A stretch of 64,000 nt of DNA from Trichoplax sp. H2 (taxonomy: Eukaryota). Positions 1-14,837 of the stretch are shown one piece after another; positions within the stretch are counted from its first letter, which is position 1; each line of letters opens with the position of its first letter. The notes below the pieces were generated by a model that had not been told where the DNA came from, did not search any database, and saw only the letters and a program-made list of their open reading frames with translations. The translations under genes and the position numbers were made by a program. Location: contig NOWV01000149.1 of the NCBI GenBank assembly GCA_003344405.1, forward strand, positions 1 through 64,000, written 5' to 3'.

Positions 1-2945
1 GTATTTTACGTTAAACACTAAGTTGGATAATTCTTCTTTATTTCACGATATACTGCATTTATATACTGTTCCTCAATAGTTCATGAGTCATAGTTAATAC
101 AATTAACCTCGGAATCATTTACTGAATTAAATATTAATTTTAGCTACTGCTCCCTTAATGCAGACAACAGTATTTACGAACATAGACATATAATGACTAA
201 TACAGAATAGTCAGATTACGATATGTCCTATCACGGAACATTTCCATGATAATTTACAGTCTACCATAAGTAAATTACAATCACAATGATTCGAACTGTA
301 AGCAGATGATTTGCATTCCCTATTATAACTATTATAATTTCAGTATGTGTATAAGTGTCACTGTCATAAAAAATCAGTGCTATATTAAAATACAGTATAT
401 CCAAATTAGAAGTTAACTAAATAAGGATAGTCTAACAGAATTATCCTAACATAGTTATTTCTACTGTAATACAGTATTTAACACTGTAACAAGTGGCAAG
501 ATAAATCGTTCACGAATGTTATAAAAGGATGGTGAAAGACATTCCAATTCTAACCATATATTAAGGTAAAAATATTTCAGATACGGTAGCTAATCGTGGC
601 TCTATAGTAAATCCTAAACTAAAATCGCTTTAAATAGTAAGTATTAGATTAATCAACTAGGGAATAATGAAAGAAAATTTCTTTAGTGGTCCTCAGATTA
701 ACTTCTTATAACTGCATCGATTGATTTCGTCAGTTAAAATGACAATACACAATAAAATTGAAAATGATCTAATTGCTATAGAATTTGATCTGACTTTTAG
801 TTCTTATAGATGCGATACGAAATATTTAATATGATGATATAAAATAAAATTCTAAATGATCTAAATATTGGAGAAAGTGGTTCGATTTTTAATTGCTATT
901 GATGAAATATAGAATATTTAGGCTTCAGTAAATATATTCGGTAGCAATTTATAAATTAACGTATTTTATGGTTTCTTGTTGAAAAAAACGAAGACGAAAC
1001 CTTGAAATTAAAGCTTAACTATGCAACTAGAAGACTAAATAGAATTTCGATCATCTTGGTCTTCCAAATTCTTTATAATTCTACAAATAGTCATAGAAAT
1101 TAAACTTGTAAATAATCTAAGTATATAGCAATGCCATTATTGATGCCCATGGCAAAGGATCTAAATAAAATGTTAAGATAGGGCTAATTCTAGAGTAGAT
1201 ATCAAATATAAATAATTAATACCAGAATGCATTGTCATAAATACTATTAGGATATAGTTAATTTTCAAAGTTAAACTGCTGAATACAAAATTGTGGAATA
1301 ACAATCGTCTGCCAGTAATTCACTTATTTGTACCGTGAAACTGCATATTGAAGTCATAGTTTATCGAATATAAACTACTTAGCTAATCATGAAATCCAGA
1401 TGCTTAGAACAGAATAGATGCTATCCTATTTTTCCAATACATGATGTAATACTTAAATATCAATTATCGTTATGAAAGTGCCATAACAAGTGCAATAAAT
1501 TTTATCAGCTGCTAATACAACACCGCATCACGAAAGATTTAATTGTAGCATTGCCTAAGTGCATGTTCTAAATACGAACTACTAGTATTATGCATTAATT
1601 CAGTTTGAATGATTTTACTACAAGTTTAAAAACAATTGTCATCCAGAATGTAATGTTGTTACGTATACTATAGGCTGCAGAGATATAACTTTAAACACTA
1701 AAGTTAGACTAATTTTGCACATCTTCACCATATGAATACGGTCCACTACATGTTTTTCATGAGTGATACGCAATAATTATATCTATCATTTGTTATGACA
1801 CCCAAGTAGCTATATTATTGTGCCTATGGCAACTAGCCTTCTAATCTTTCAAGAAATATTTCAATATTGAATATGATTAGAATCAATATTAGGGAATCGT
1901 TGTCATCAACATATAGCAAAATACGAGTAGTGTAGGCTGTAAACAAATTAATAAAAGAAATTTTGAAACATAACGTCCAGTAACCCATTAATCGTACTAT
2001 TTGTCTGCTACTAATAGTTTGTGTGAAAGGAATAGAAAACTACCTGAAACAAGTATGCATAGAAATTAGTAGGAGCGATTTACTTTCAGTTAATTCTAAA
2101 AAAACTAGTTGGAGTACTTGTCTTCGTGATTTAGAAATAATTGTCATTCCATAACCACTCTAGTAATATGCTAACCATTAAATAGCGGTAAACACTTTTA
2201 CATATGATCTCAAAATTCAACGTCAAAGGCTACCCGAGACTACGTCTGCTATAATAATCTTTGATCATGTTTTAGAAAATCGCCCATTATAAGCTATAGA
2301 GTAGCTAACTAATTACTTCTCGCCCATTGTTAGCGTGTCAATTACTTACTTATATTTCTATAGAGCATTATTATGTCCTTTAATCATGTTCTATTTAGCA
2401 ATTTGCATGATGAAACCTTTGTGAAGAAGATAAAGCCTTAGATACTATTATTGCCTTGGCCTTTGTCATTGTTGTGTAAAATGCTATTTATTTGCCGTTT
2501 ACGTCAAAATCTTTCTAACATCTTCGATTGTATTGACATACGAGACTTACACGCTATTCTAGCGTTAGCCTTGCCTTTAGTCCCATTAGATAAATTACTG
2601 GACGCGTAAATTAAGATTTATATAGCCCGCTGCGAGCTTTACAATTGTTGTAGACCCCAAGATATCTAATTTCAAACAACTAGCAAATACACAACTATTC
2701 ATAGCGATTTCTTAAAAGTAGAGAATAACATAACCTAAATACATCAAAATTCAAGAAAACAACAACATTTAACTTTGGCAACCATATTATAATTCTAGGC
2801 AAACATAAAATTACAAGATCAAAACTACCTGTTGTACTTTAACGGCAAATAGGCTACTTCACGACTTTGTTACGCTATTCCCCTCACTACTGATCATGCT
2901 AACAATCAAAAAAGATCGTAACACAAAATAATAACTACGTGTAAA

Positions 2946-3938
2946 ATGACGACAAAGTTTATTTATCCCGTGGACAAAACGATTATTTGGAGTACAATCA
3001 GTGGGATCACCATTTTAACCAACTCGTATATGTTAATCTTAATATGTCGGAAAAATAGATTATGGTCGTCGATTAACGCCATCTTGGCAAGCATGTTTAC
3101 TGCTGGTATATTATTTGGATCTATCTATTTAATACCTAGATTTGCCTATGGAAATTTGATGGAATTAGGTTCATTTTGCCACCTCGTAATCTCGTTTGGT
3201 CAAGCATTAAGTGTCATTTTTATGTTACATCAGTGTTTAGTATGTCTAGACCGTTATTTGGCAGTTCTTTCCCCACTTAAATATCGTCTATATACTGACA
3301 ATAAAATCGTAATTACGGTTGTCTTATTGATCTGGTTACTAGCTTTTACTGGTGCTTCTATTCCATTAATGACATTTAGCCCAATTCAAGGACCAATTTG
3401 TAATCTAACAACGCAACATGTGGAGGCTGAAACAGTATTTTTATTTACGTTGTTGGGTGCATTATTTTTTCTACCTTTACTGGTTATATTGATAACTTAC
3501 GCTCACATTATTCATATTTTTAACCATCGTGATCCTTTAGTTTTACCTGTACATCAAAATAGTACAAAATTAAGCTTCTTACAGAAAAATCGTAAACTAG
3601 TAATGAATGTTGCTATTATAACATCAGTATTAATTGTAATGTGGTGCCCTTATGTTACAATTGTTTTAATATATAGGGTTAAAACAAGCTATTCTCCTTT
3701 TGAACTGACAGTTATAAACATTGTTCAGTATTTCGCTTTCAGTTATCCTGCAGTATCGCCACTACTTTATGCCTATAACATGAAGAGTTTAAGACGGGAA
3801 GTTATTAAAGATTACAACGCTTTCTGTTGCAACAGACAACGTCGACGAGTGCATACTGAATTATCAATACGTCAGTCCAATATATCTAATGTTAATCATA
3901 CAAATTTAGCGAGAAAGTTTCCTCCAGAATTAGATTAA
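2946..3938 (+). CDS. Class A (rhodopsin-like) orphan GPCR, 330 aa, intronless CDS
   Basis: Seven hydrophobic segments; TM1 Asn (LTN), TM3 Cys, CLDRYLAV..PLKYR, TM4 IW, TM5 FFLP..I..Y, TM6 WCPY, TM7 YPAVSPLLY (NPxxY variant), helix 8 LRRE. Confidence 0.93.
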   Translation: MTTKFIYPVDKTIIWSTISGITILTNSYMLILICRKNRLWSSINAILASMFTAGILFGSIYLIPRFAYGNLMELGSFCHLVISFGQALSVIFMLHQCLVCLDRYLAVLSPLKYRLYTDNKIVITVVLLIWLLAFTGASIPLMTFSPIQGPICNLTTQHVEAETVFLFTLLGALFFLPLLVILITYAHIIHIFNHRDPLVLPVHQNSTKLSFLQKNRKLVMNVAIITSVLIVMWCPYVTIVLIYRVKTSYSPFELTVINIVQYFAFSYPAVSPLLYAYNMKSLRREVIKDYNAFCCNRQRRRVHTELSIRQSNISNVNHTNLARKFPPELD

Positions 3939-6900
3939 CTGATTTTTAGTATTTACTGTAACAAAATGTTACAATCTCATCATTATAAATTTTATTACGT
4001 AAAGGTTATTAAAAAAATTGAAAGATTAAGATGTAAGACATCAATAACTCTTGTTATTTTCAGCAGTTGGTCTCCATTTTATCCTTGATTTAAACTTATA
4101 AATTAAATTAATTGTACCTTTACGTTCGTAATAACTCAATTGTTTAATTACAATGCTAAAAGAGCAATAGCCATTTTTAACATAGAATGTATTAAATCAC
4201 GGTTGAAGCATCATATCATATCATTATCTCTTTGCGTGTAAAAATTTATGTTACAATTTTTCTTCTAATTTCCACTTTCATGAGCGAAATATTTATGATT
4301 CATTATTAAAATTCGACTATATCATGGTGATTACTCAGAATGATCAGAAAATAATTTTAAGTAGAGGATACTTGATATGACTGAAAACTGTGTAGAGCGT
4401 AATACCACGAGAACAAAGCCTTACTTGTCGCTATCTTACGTTGCGATCAATTAGATTAAGAGGAATTTGCCACTTTTAATAAGTTATTGTAGTAACTACT
4501 ATATTAACAAGGATTCTTATACGAGTATTTACCATTTACAGGTATTTATCACTGTTTTATTAATCTCAATCTTATTCTAGATTATTCAGGATAATGATGA
4601 TTTAATAAATGATTCATTAAGACATAAGATAGTATAGCACATATATCGAAGCATGATCAAAATTTCTTCGCACTTTAATGTATCAGATAGCTATATGCTA
4701 TAAGATTTTCTATATTATTTAGCAAGCTAGGCTTAGCATAAAAAATTGAAAATAGTTATTTATTCTTATTTTAATTACATATTTACTTATACACTATCCA
4801 AACAGTCATATACATGCAGATATACTAGCATACATATGTTAGAATGACAATAAGAAAACCAATTAGTTTGCTAACTTATAAAACCTAACAGTGAATTTGC
4901 AAAAGCACTTCCAATACCGTACAAATGATCAACTAATTAATCGTATAACTGTAGGATCTTTTAAACAAAAAATTCAAGAAAATAGTAAAAGATACACGAT
5001 ATCAAATTGTCACTTATCTCGACTACAAAATAGCAGTAGTTGTTAAGAGTACCTCTACAAGCCTTGATTAATTATTTATAATAAGCTGTAAGCGCTAATA
5101 CAGAAATATTAGGAGCTATTTACAGCTCTAAAATTAATTTTATCCATAATATTGGCAATATATGAGCTGACTATAGCGCTCTGTAATAAGCTTGCTTCAT
5201 TACAGAAATTGCATTTGAAGACGCTAATGCTAGTTATAGAAAAACTAGATTTTAATTTTAGGTTTCTAATAGTTAACCGCAATTTACGTAGAAAATTGTT
5301 TTAAGTGCTATAGTTTCGTCTGTCGTGAATATACTAAAAAACTAATTGCGTATTTACACATAGTAATAGTTCTTATAATATTTACTCACATTCAAATTAA
5401 ATTAGCAAAAAAGTCTGCTAATTTTATGTGGTTAATCGAAATAGTATGGTTTTATATGCTGGGCATATTTCTAACTCTACATTTTTGGTCCAATTGAAGT
5501 TTTAATAGCCTCGATATGATTTAAAAAAGTATTATTTTGCCTATTAAAAATTATGAAAAACAGGCTGCGATAGCATTATCAATGGCAGCGTAAAGGTCGT
5601 ATGTTTCAGCAGCAGCTGGAAAATCCATAATACTTAGAACCCGAATCCAGCAATAAGGAAATTTCTTCTTATTGGATCATTTCCTTTTGCTTTTTCAAGG
5701 GCAATCAGGTTTCACTCTCTGATTCTAATTGTATAATTGGCAAGATATAGCTGTGTAGCTGGAAAGCATTCAGTAATTAATTGTTTATAAATTGTAAATT
5801 TTGCTGTCATAATTAAGATTATCAGGTTGTTAGATTGTCAGGATAGACATTGATAGAGGTGAGATGAACCAAACTTATGCAATATAGTGAAATGTACGCG
5901 AAACTGTAGTTCTTGTTATATTTATGAAAAGATACTTTATTATAAGTAGTGAGATAAGTCAAGCTATCATAAATATGAAGTGCCGCACTGTAATAAGAAC
6001 TCAAAGAAGAATATTCGAGGCCTAATAAGTGCTTTTAATACGACGTCGAACGAGTAACTGATTCTTAATTTGAAATTCATTAGAAAAAATATAAACAGAA
6101 TGCAGTAGCGGAATCGATAGAAAATAACCATAAATTAGGATTTTGGGAAAACATTTCAAAGCTTTATCCGCAATTATGTAGAGTGATTAAGCAATTTCTT
6201 TTGATATAATTAAAAATGTCTTTAAATTTAATTTCGTTAACTTTTTCAGAATGTAATTTTGCAGCAAAAGCTTACATTGCGTAAATAGTAAGGTATGAAT
6301 AACGAAATACTAGATATCATAAAATATCAAAGAAATATCTTACTAGAAGCAAATTTACAATTTATATTGATTAAGGATACAAGAAGATTATTACTGAATT
6401 TCAAACATAGATAGTAACTAACACATATTTTTATGAAACAATCCGAAAATAGTAATAGCGTCTAGGTACTAATTTTTTGTTATGGAAGTCAAATTTTTTG
6501 CATTGGATATAATTAGTACGTAAAAATAATTAGATCAAATCAAGTCTATCATTTGAGATTGACTTCGTAGTCAGAAATATAAATCGGCTGCTCCTAACTT
6601 AATCGCTTACGCTCAACGATTGCTTATACTTTCGTTTCATTATCTTGAATAAAATTGCAGTCTCAAACTGAATTAAGAAAGTTAAGTACATAGTCTAAAT
6701 TAACGTTTTGAGTGCAATTCTTTCCAAGAATAATACTAATAATAAAAATGTCCTTGACCTATTTAATGAAACTGTTCTCGCATACATATTTCAGTGGCCA
6801 TTAAAGGATATTAATAAGCTCTAAAATAAGCTTGTTTTAATTAACAGAGCATAAACAATTCTAGGTAGGTAATAGAAAACCATATCAACAGCTTTCAGTA

Positions 6901-8931
6901 GATTGGATCTGGAATTTGGTGATCAACATACTTTACTGCCAGTTCACCAGCTATAATTATAAGACATATTCCATTAATTATTTAAATTGCTTCTTTAATA
7001 TTTTTTGCTGGGTTATGAAACTTATATATACAAAGAAGATAACTGACATTTGACCTTCTCATACAAATTATTAGGAAGAATTTTTGTTTTATCCATTAGC
7101 GGCCGTGCATAATTTATTACTTTTAAACAGCAATGATCGCTGGGGGAAGCATAGCAATTGCTGCCTATTCTCTATATTTAATTAACGAATTTCTGCTGCA
7201 ACGTTTCTTTTCATGTATCTTTTTTTTGAATTAATCTATTTCCTGTTTATACATAAAAGGCAATGTGGAATAAACCAAATATTTTTAATAAAGTTAAATT
7301 TACGTCTATGTCTATTCCTATTGATTAAATAGGCGAAGTATCTTCTCAAATACAATGCCAAGAATAAAGTATGATTCGAGTACTTTTATTACAGTTTTAA
7401 ATATTTTTAAATTAAAACAACACATTTCTAACGCATATAAAATCATGAAACCGAAAATTTTGGCTATTTTCTGATAAAGCTCTACTACTTCCTACTAGAG
7501 TAACATTAATTAAACTTGTCAGCTGATGGCCAAATAATCTAACTTTTCAATTTGCAATTCAAAATTCATTTTTCGGCTTAAAATATTGATTTCTCATATA
7601 CTTTAGCATTATAGTTATTCTTTTAGTAGAATTTGTAGTCGGAATTCATTTTTTTATCTATTTCTAATCATTGTAAATAAATTAATATTTACGAATTTCC
7701 TTTCCAGCCCACTATAACATAATGTCTCTCAAAATCAGCCTATTGTTAAATCTAACTTACCTAATTAGTATTTGCATCTGCAAAGGTAAATTTACTCACC
7801 GTAAAATAGTGACTAGAAGAATAAAACTCTCAAGTTAATGTTTACCCTAGTGTCAATTGAAAATTGGTCACTATAAATAATTCGTCCTGGTAGACTACTG
7901 TCGTACATTTCAAAGAAAAGCTTATAAACGGTAATATTTTAAATTCTAATTATCTATTAGCTATAGCTATATCAATAAACGAGTTTGCAATAAATATTTT
8001 ATTTTTAACTAAGAGTTATGCATCTGCAAAGCGGCTGTTTATCCATTATTTAATATTTTATATTATCATTTAATGTCAAAGTAAAAAAGTAAAGTGAGTA
8101 TTATAAATTCAACTTTAATTCAAAGTTGTCAATCATAACTTATAGAACTTTAGCCATTAGATCACTTGAACCCTGGTACCATTCTGCAAAACCATATGAA
8201 AATTGAAAACATCGAATTATACCTTCACAATATCAATGATATCGAATAGTTTAACAGTAAATAATCGTGCAAAACTGAGCCGTTCTCAACCGAGTCTTAC
8301 CCTATTAAAGAACATAAAGTGGAAATATACAAGTTGAATAAAGTAATTGTCTGAACTTTTTAGCAGTTCTATCCCCAGTTCAAGACCAAAGAAAAAGGCG
8401 GCAGAGAATTATTGATTCAGCTGCTGAAAGCGAAAATTTTAATTATTACAAAATTGCTGCCACAACTGGTTTAATTTACATCACAATTACAATATTCTAT
8501 GTTTAAAAACATAATGTAATCTAGATTAGCTCTCAGTCACTAATAGTATTGTTTATAATGAAAAATTTATATCAGAATAATTCATAATATAATATTACGA
8601 TTGGTTATGTACTTGTAATCGGATCTGGCTTATGCTCTAATCCTGCTTTATTTACTTCTTCGATAAGCCATTCCATCAGCATTAAAGTATCAGTAACGAA
8701 TTATCAGAAACAGAGAAGGTGAACGATATATTTACGATAAAATCTATATTCCATTCTAGCATCGTGTCTATAAAATATTATAATCAGCATTTTGTAGCAT
8801 TTAATATTACAAAATCTTATTTCAGTAAATAGTTTGTATAGATAGTAATTTCATTTTTTCTGTTGGTAGGAGGGTAGTTGATACAGCCTCAGCACTTTCT
8901 ACTTAAAAATTCTTGTTAAAGTAGCAATATA

Positions 8932-9936
8932 ATGCAAGGGAACGAGGAGACAACAGCGAGCGCCCAATATATTCCTGTTGTCAATATAGCGGCAATGGTT
9001 ATTTGGATCGTTATTGGTGCTTCAGCAATTATCTGTAATGTTTTCGTTATTGTTATTATTCAGCGTAATAAGCGATTAAGATGCTTATCAATGTATAAAC
9101 TTATGACCAGTATGTTCGCCGGTAATTTGGTATTGGCAATTTTCTATGTATGCTTAAAATATGCTTTCCCATTTCATAATTTACTTAAAGTCTATTGTTC
9201 AGTATCCATATTATTAGCCATGGGAATGGCATTTAATACCGCTATTCATCATAGTGCGATTAGCATCGATCGCTATATTGCCGTTTCCAGACCGATTAAA
9301 TATCGCCGGTTAACTACTAGTCATGGTATTCGTTTAATTATTGCTATAATTTGGATGCTATCATTATTGATTGGATTTACGCCAGTATTAACCTATCGTC
9401 GAATTGATACCAATAAATGCTATGGCCTGGAAGATTATTCTACTTTTGACGCTAATCATTTTATGGCTATTACAGGGATCTTCTTTTTGGTACCGTTAGC
9501 TATTATTAGTTATTGCTACGTCAGAATTTATACTCTGATTAATAGGAGATGGAGAGTACGCTTTAATAGTGCTAATACTAAGTGTACATCACGTTTCCGT
9601 AAAAAAAATACCAAAATGGCTAAGCAGATGGCTGTTATGACTCTCGTTTATGCCGCTATGGGCTTCCCCTACACCGTAACAAGCGTCTTACATTATACTA
9701 AAGTATCGACTAATATTAATTTCACTTCAGCCTATTTCGTACCCAGAATCATCTTCTTCTTATATCCAACGGTATCAACCTTGTTATACTGCTATTATAT
9801 TAAAAGCTTAAGAGCTGCTATTATTATTGTCTTTAAGAAAAAACCGTCGCCTCAGTCTAGGGCAACAATATCGCTTGAAGCATCTTTAGCCTCTAGTAAC
9901 AGGATTTCTAGTAAGGTAAAGAAAAACATCAATTAA
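8932..9936 (+). CDS. Class A orphan GPCR, 334 aa, intronless CDS
   Basis: 7TM; ICN in TM1, SIDRYIAVSRPIKYR, IIW, FFLVPLAIISYCY, TM6 GFPY, TM7 YPTVSTLLY. A splice-acceptor-like ttttttctgttggtag ~8855-8870 suggests a 5'UTR intron. Confidence 0.93.
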   Translation: MQGNEETTASAQYIPVVNIAAMVIWIVIGASAIICNVFVIVIIQRNKRLRCLSMYKLMTSMFAGNLVLAIFYVCLKYAFPFHNLLKVYCSVSILLAMGMAFNTAIHHSAISIDRYIAVSRPIKYRRLTTSHGIRLIIAIIWMLSLLIGFTPVLTYRRIDTNKCYGLEDYSTFDANHFMAITGIFFLVPLAIISYCYVRIYTLINRRWRVRFNSANTKCTSRFRKKNTKMAKQMAVMTLVYAAMGFPYTVTSVLHYTKVSTNINFTSAYFVPRIIFFLYPTVSTLLYCYYIKSLRAAIIIVFKKKPSPQSRATISLEASLASSNRISSKVKKNIN

Positions 9937-11701
9937 ATTATTTATGACATAATATATCGGTTAGTCAAATTTCGGATGTAATACTTTCCTGCTGATGATA
10001 GCATATTTTCTCTGATTTATAAATAATTCTACAAACAGGTGATACCAGCGATTGGTAAAACCGTAACGAATGTAGAAACGGTCGACGATCAAGTTCGCTT
10101 CGCTGCATTTTAAGTTCCTATATGGTATGCAGGCATACGTACAAACGGCATGATTACAGAATTACAAGTTTGTAACAGATAGTTTATAATTAATGGGTCA
10201 TCAATTATATATTCAATAGTACTAATGCTCATGTAGATCTACAGATCTAAAATGTTGATTTTTTTTATAAATTTACGGACTAAATTGTCTTAACATATTA
10301 CTTTGAGAAGCAACAAAATTAATCCTAAATGATAAAACCGAATAGAGATTAAGCAATCTTGATTTATAAGAAAAAAATTTAATTTTATAATGCGATTCTC
10401 ATTTTACCTAATTTGATTGCAGGATATCTATCTCCTTTCTAGACCACTTAGTTTATTCAGAATAGGCTATCACAAATCGAATTAGACCACCTACATTTAA
10501 TACATGACGAGTACACCAAATTCGACCACATCGCAATCATAATATGAAGTACTTATTTTGTTATTTTTGGAAAAAACTATTTCATCTATAGTTGCCTAAG
10601 GCAACCGCTGCAGTTACTATGATGCTCACTAATAGCTATTTATTGCCAACGCGCTAACTATGACAAAGAAAATATAACAATAAAGCACTACATTATAAAA
10701 ATGATTCAAATAAAGCTTTAAAATACTTAAATGGCCATGTTCAAACAGTCGATGAACTAAAATATTGCGAAAAAATTCTAGCATAGTAATAAAGCGATGC
10801 TTTCTTGTACGGCTCTAAATTAGCCAACGTTATCGTTAGCACTTCCATTTACTTCTTCAAATGTTTTAATTCTTATTATACACTTTAATTTCACTACTAA
10901 TTGATAAAAATGACTTATTTGTTATCCAACAGAAAATTTATAAATGTACTTGTTATTCTAATTATTTAATAAATTTTGTCTTCAAATATGAACCTGAGTA
11001 TTTTAACTGGTGTGCAAAATACTTTCAACTTTATAGTAAGCACTTTCTAGACCCAAAAAAATATTGACTTTAATTTTTGTAGTATCTCCTATGCTTATAA
11101 CATAAGCTAAATACTCTTTTCCTGTATTAAAGTTGAAATATGGATTGATAATTATAGCCTTAGGAAGGCTTTTATCAGTAGTGATTTAATCACATTTGTG
11201 AATCGTTCTAACTTAAACTACACTTGCGGTAATTGCACGATTACAGTATGATTTGAGAAATGACAGGGTGCTTCATCAGGTATTAAAATAATTCATGTTC
11301 TGAAACCTCATTTAAATTTAAAACCTTCTTCACAAGCGATTAACCTTACTATTCTTTCGGATTGAAGAATTACGAATGATTCATCGTAATACTAACCATA
11401 CTAATTATAATCTTCCTAATGTTCAGCTTAATATTTATTAGCAGGTTATAATGAAAGGTGAATGAATCTGATTTTAGTTTAGCTACAGATCTGTTGGATC
11501 TTGTCATACGATTCTGATGAATCGTTGTACAGTATAATAGGAGTACCAACCACGTCACTAAAAATTAAAATTGTTACTTCTAGGCGCAGAATTATAGACA
11601 CTAGCTATTTTTATCAGACTGTACGAGTTTACTTGAGAATATCACTTCATTTTGTTGCAATGCTATGAATAAGATTATAGAAAGTTCTTAAGATTAAGTT
11701 T

Positions 11702-12230
11702 ACTCTATAATATTCTAGAATAGTCTCCGATAAATTTTGTTTCTTACGTATAATTAATTGAATATCCATCTATCAGCGGTCAGATTATCAAGTAATATCA
11801 ACCAAGTAATCTAGGATGATCCATGAAACAAATCATATCGCCGAATGGATAGGGCTATCCAATATTTTCATCATAAACTCTATAATATCTCAGAATGGTC
11901 GCCGACAAATAATGTTTGTTCTTTATGATCAATAAAGTATCAATCTATTATCCATCAGATCATCCAGCAATATCAATAATATAGTCTAGGATGACCTGCG
12001 AAACAAATCATATCGTCTAGTAGATATGATTACTTAATATTTTCATCATAACGTTTACTGTAAAAAGCACAATATCCTAGAATAGTCTCCGACTTGCATA
12101 TTTATTACTTATGATTAAGTAAGTATCAATTTATCGGCCTATAGATGACTCCAGTAATAATCATCGCGTATTATAAGATGATCTATGAATCATATTATAT
12201 CGATTAGATCATAGGATTATCCAATATTTG
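11702..12230. repeat. Degenerate direct tandem repeat, 3 copies of ~175-187 bp
   Basis: Anchor agaat(a/g)gtc(t/g)ccga at ~11717, ~11892 and ~12079; the block ctaggatga..gaaacaaatcatatcg..aatattttcatcataa recurs, more diverged in copy 3. Confidence 0.85.
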
Positions 12231-14837
12231 AATAACTTCTTTCTTTTGCTATCTATGTTGAACTGTTTATAACTACCAACATTATTAAGCTCTATTACTC
12301 ATAGCTGAAACTCTTAACGCAATGACAAATTATTTTATTTTTCGAACTATTTGAGATAGTCAGTCCTTGTTTCAAGTTGGATTCACAATCTCATTACCTA
12401 AAGTGAACGTTGAAGTAGCATTGTGAATTAATAATATCACAAAGCCACAGCAGTGATGTTACTAAATCAGATCAACTATCCTCTAAAAGGAGAGACTACA
12501 ATTACTATCGTACCTATCGGCATTATTAAATCTAACAGTAAGGATAACTAACATTAAAGGCGGAATATAAGTTCTCATCTTAAGTATCATCTGTTCATAA
12601 CTACATAATTCGCACGCAACTGAGGTTAATTTGTTATTCAAATTTGATCAGAATCACTAAAGGAATAGATGTAAAGTACGAATAAACATTATTATCAAAT
12701 CATCAGTTCATTGCAACTTATCTTATATGCAAGTAAACTTAATTGATTGATCAAATAAGACTGATACAACTGCAGTTTGAGATTAAACTACTAATAACTG
12801 CTATCATTGATTATTTGCCTAAGTTGTAGCAATTGATTTGGATTGAATAATAGTCTATGATCAAAAAGAATCATGATCTCTAATTACTGGACAATCAATC
12901 AGTATAGTTTATTTCATTGCAAAATAAAACTTAACACTCTTTTTATCCGGATTAAGTTAATAAAGATTCAATACAGATTACAAAACAGTAATTGTTTGTT
13001 AAATTAGACGTTTTTATGACTCATAATCTTTTATGCCTTAGTATTGTTTCGCCTTCTCTAAATGTTGCATGGAAACTGAATCACGATCAAAGATAGAAAT
13101 TTTGCGACATAAATTATTTTCATTTTTAGCATTTAACGCCATCTCTACGTAGATTGATTCTTCATGAATGTCTTTGATGGATGCTATGATTGGTTATTGA
13201 TGTAATTCTAACCATCGTCAATCTTCTATAGATACTTTACGAAAACATTAACCTTTACTTAAGACTTTTAGTAAACAATTTTGAATAACGCTATCTGTTG
13301 CCTCTTTCCTTTGTTTAAAAACTCAAAGAAAATTTGACGATAAATGGTTATTTTCGCGCAAAAAAAAAATCGATTCCAGCCTATGAGAAACAGTTGCTAG
13401 ATCAAATTACATTCGAATATGATAAACCTTAATTTAAGACCGTGTCGAAGTCAATAAAAGAATATCCAATAAGACCGGCGTTCGCTTTGCTGATGCTTCT
13501 TTGTTTACTATGGCCAAATTAAAATGTCAATCCAACTTTGTTGGTAACCAAGAGAGCCTCTATCTAAATATGTCACGATGACATATTGCTATAATCCTGT
13601 TAGTTAACTCCTTGACCGTCATTGCAGCACCTTTTATAGAATTGTTTTTCTGAAATGTTGATCGTTCGGTAATGGTTCGACTTTATCTATAAAAGAATTA
13701 TGTTATGATAACATACTACAGTAATCATATTTGTTAACTTCAGGATCATCTCTGTAAAACCTTTTTTAAGCATTATTTTAAAAAAATGTTGATAGTTCAT
13801 CAATGCTTTGATTATTTCAACCGAATCAAGGGTAAATTTATAACATCACTATGGACCCCTTAGCAAATCATTGCAGAAGGTAATAATGGTATCAACATGT
13901 GTGTTGCCTCATCATTTTTACAATGAATCCAGATTATATTATGGCTTTATAAATGTCAAAAAGAGGTCTAGAAAATAACAACTTGAAATTGAGGGAGGTA
14001 CCTTAGAAGAACATCCATTGTTGATGGCAAATATGTCACCGATTATTATATTATCTTTCATTTAAATCTTTTGCCACCTTTCGAGTTAATGCTAATCATG
14101 TTAATCTGGTGCTAGTTTTAGAGGTAAGGCAGGATATTTTTGATAAGCACCTATTTTCACTTCTAGCCACTACAAATGTTATTGACTAGATGCCATCAAA
14201 TATAAAATCTAGATGGCGTCCATGATTGACCGACGACAATTTTTCCGCTATCTATAATTATTAATAGGAGACTATTGATAACTATCTTTGTCTCTTTGGA
14301 AATCAGATAATGTCATAATGATAATTTCTTAATTAAACGATCCTTTCTTTCTCAACGAAAATGTTAAAAAAATAAGTTTCAAAATAAGTCAATAATATTA
14401 CCAATTAAAGGAATTGAAGAAAGATTGTTCTTTTACGGACTGATCTATGTTTGAAATTGCCACATCGATGATCAAAATTATTTAGAATAGATCCTACGCG
14501 ATATTAGAAAAATTGTTATAAATGATTGTGAGAAAAAGAGTCTGCAGTGTTAACAATAGCCAAACGTATTTGAACAATAATTAATTTCCATAACATATAC
14601 TGTGGCATTCATTATCGTTTTTAATCCAGACAAATGCTGCTAGGAGAAGAAAAAAGCGAGACAATTGAGTTAGAGATTGTTTAAAGCAACTGGGTTCTCC
14701 AACGTCATCAATACTCATCTTCAACTGGCTTATTAGTAAAAGTTTTTGAAGCTACCGCTTCATTAGTGAATTTAAGAGATAAGTAATCTTACTTTGCTTG
14801 GGATAGAAAATAGTTCAAAGTTTCATTCCACGCCACC

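Noticed and set aside
13440-13680. Stop-interrupted frame with a hydrophobic stretch (HIAIILLVNSLTVIAAPFI) as a GPCR relic
   Set aside because: No diagnostic GPCR motif; too weak to call.
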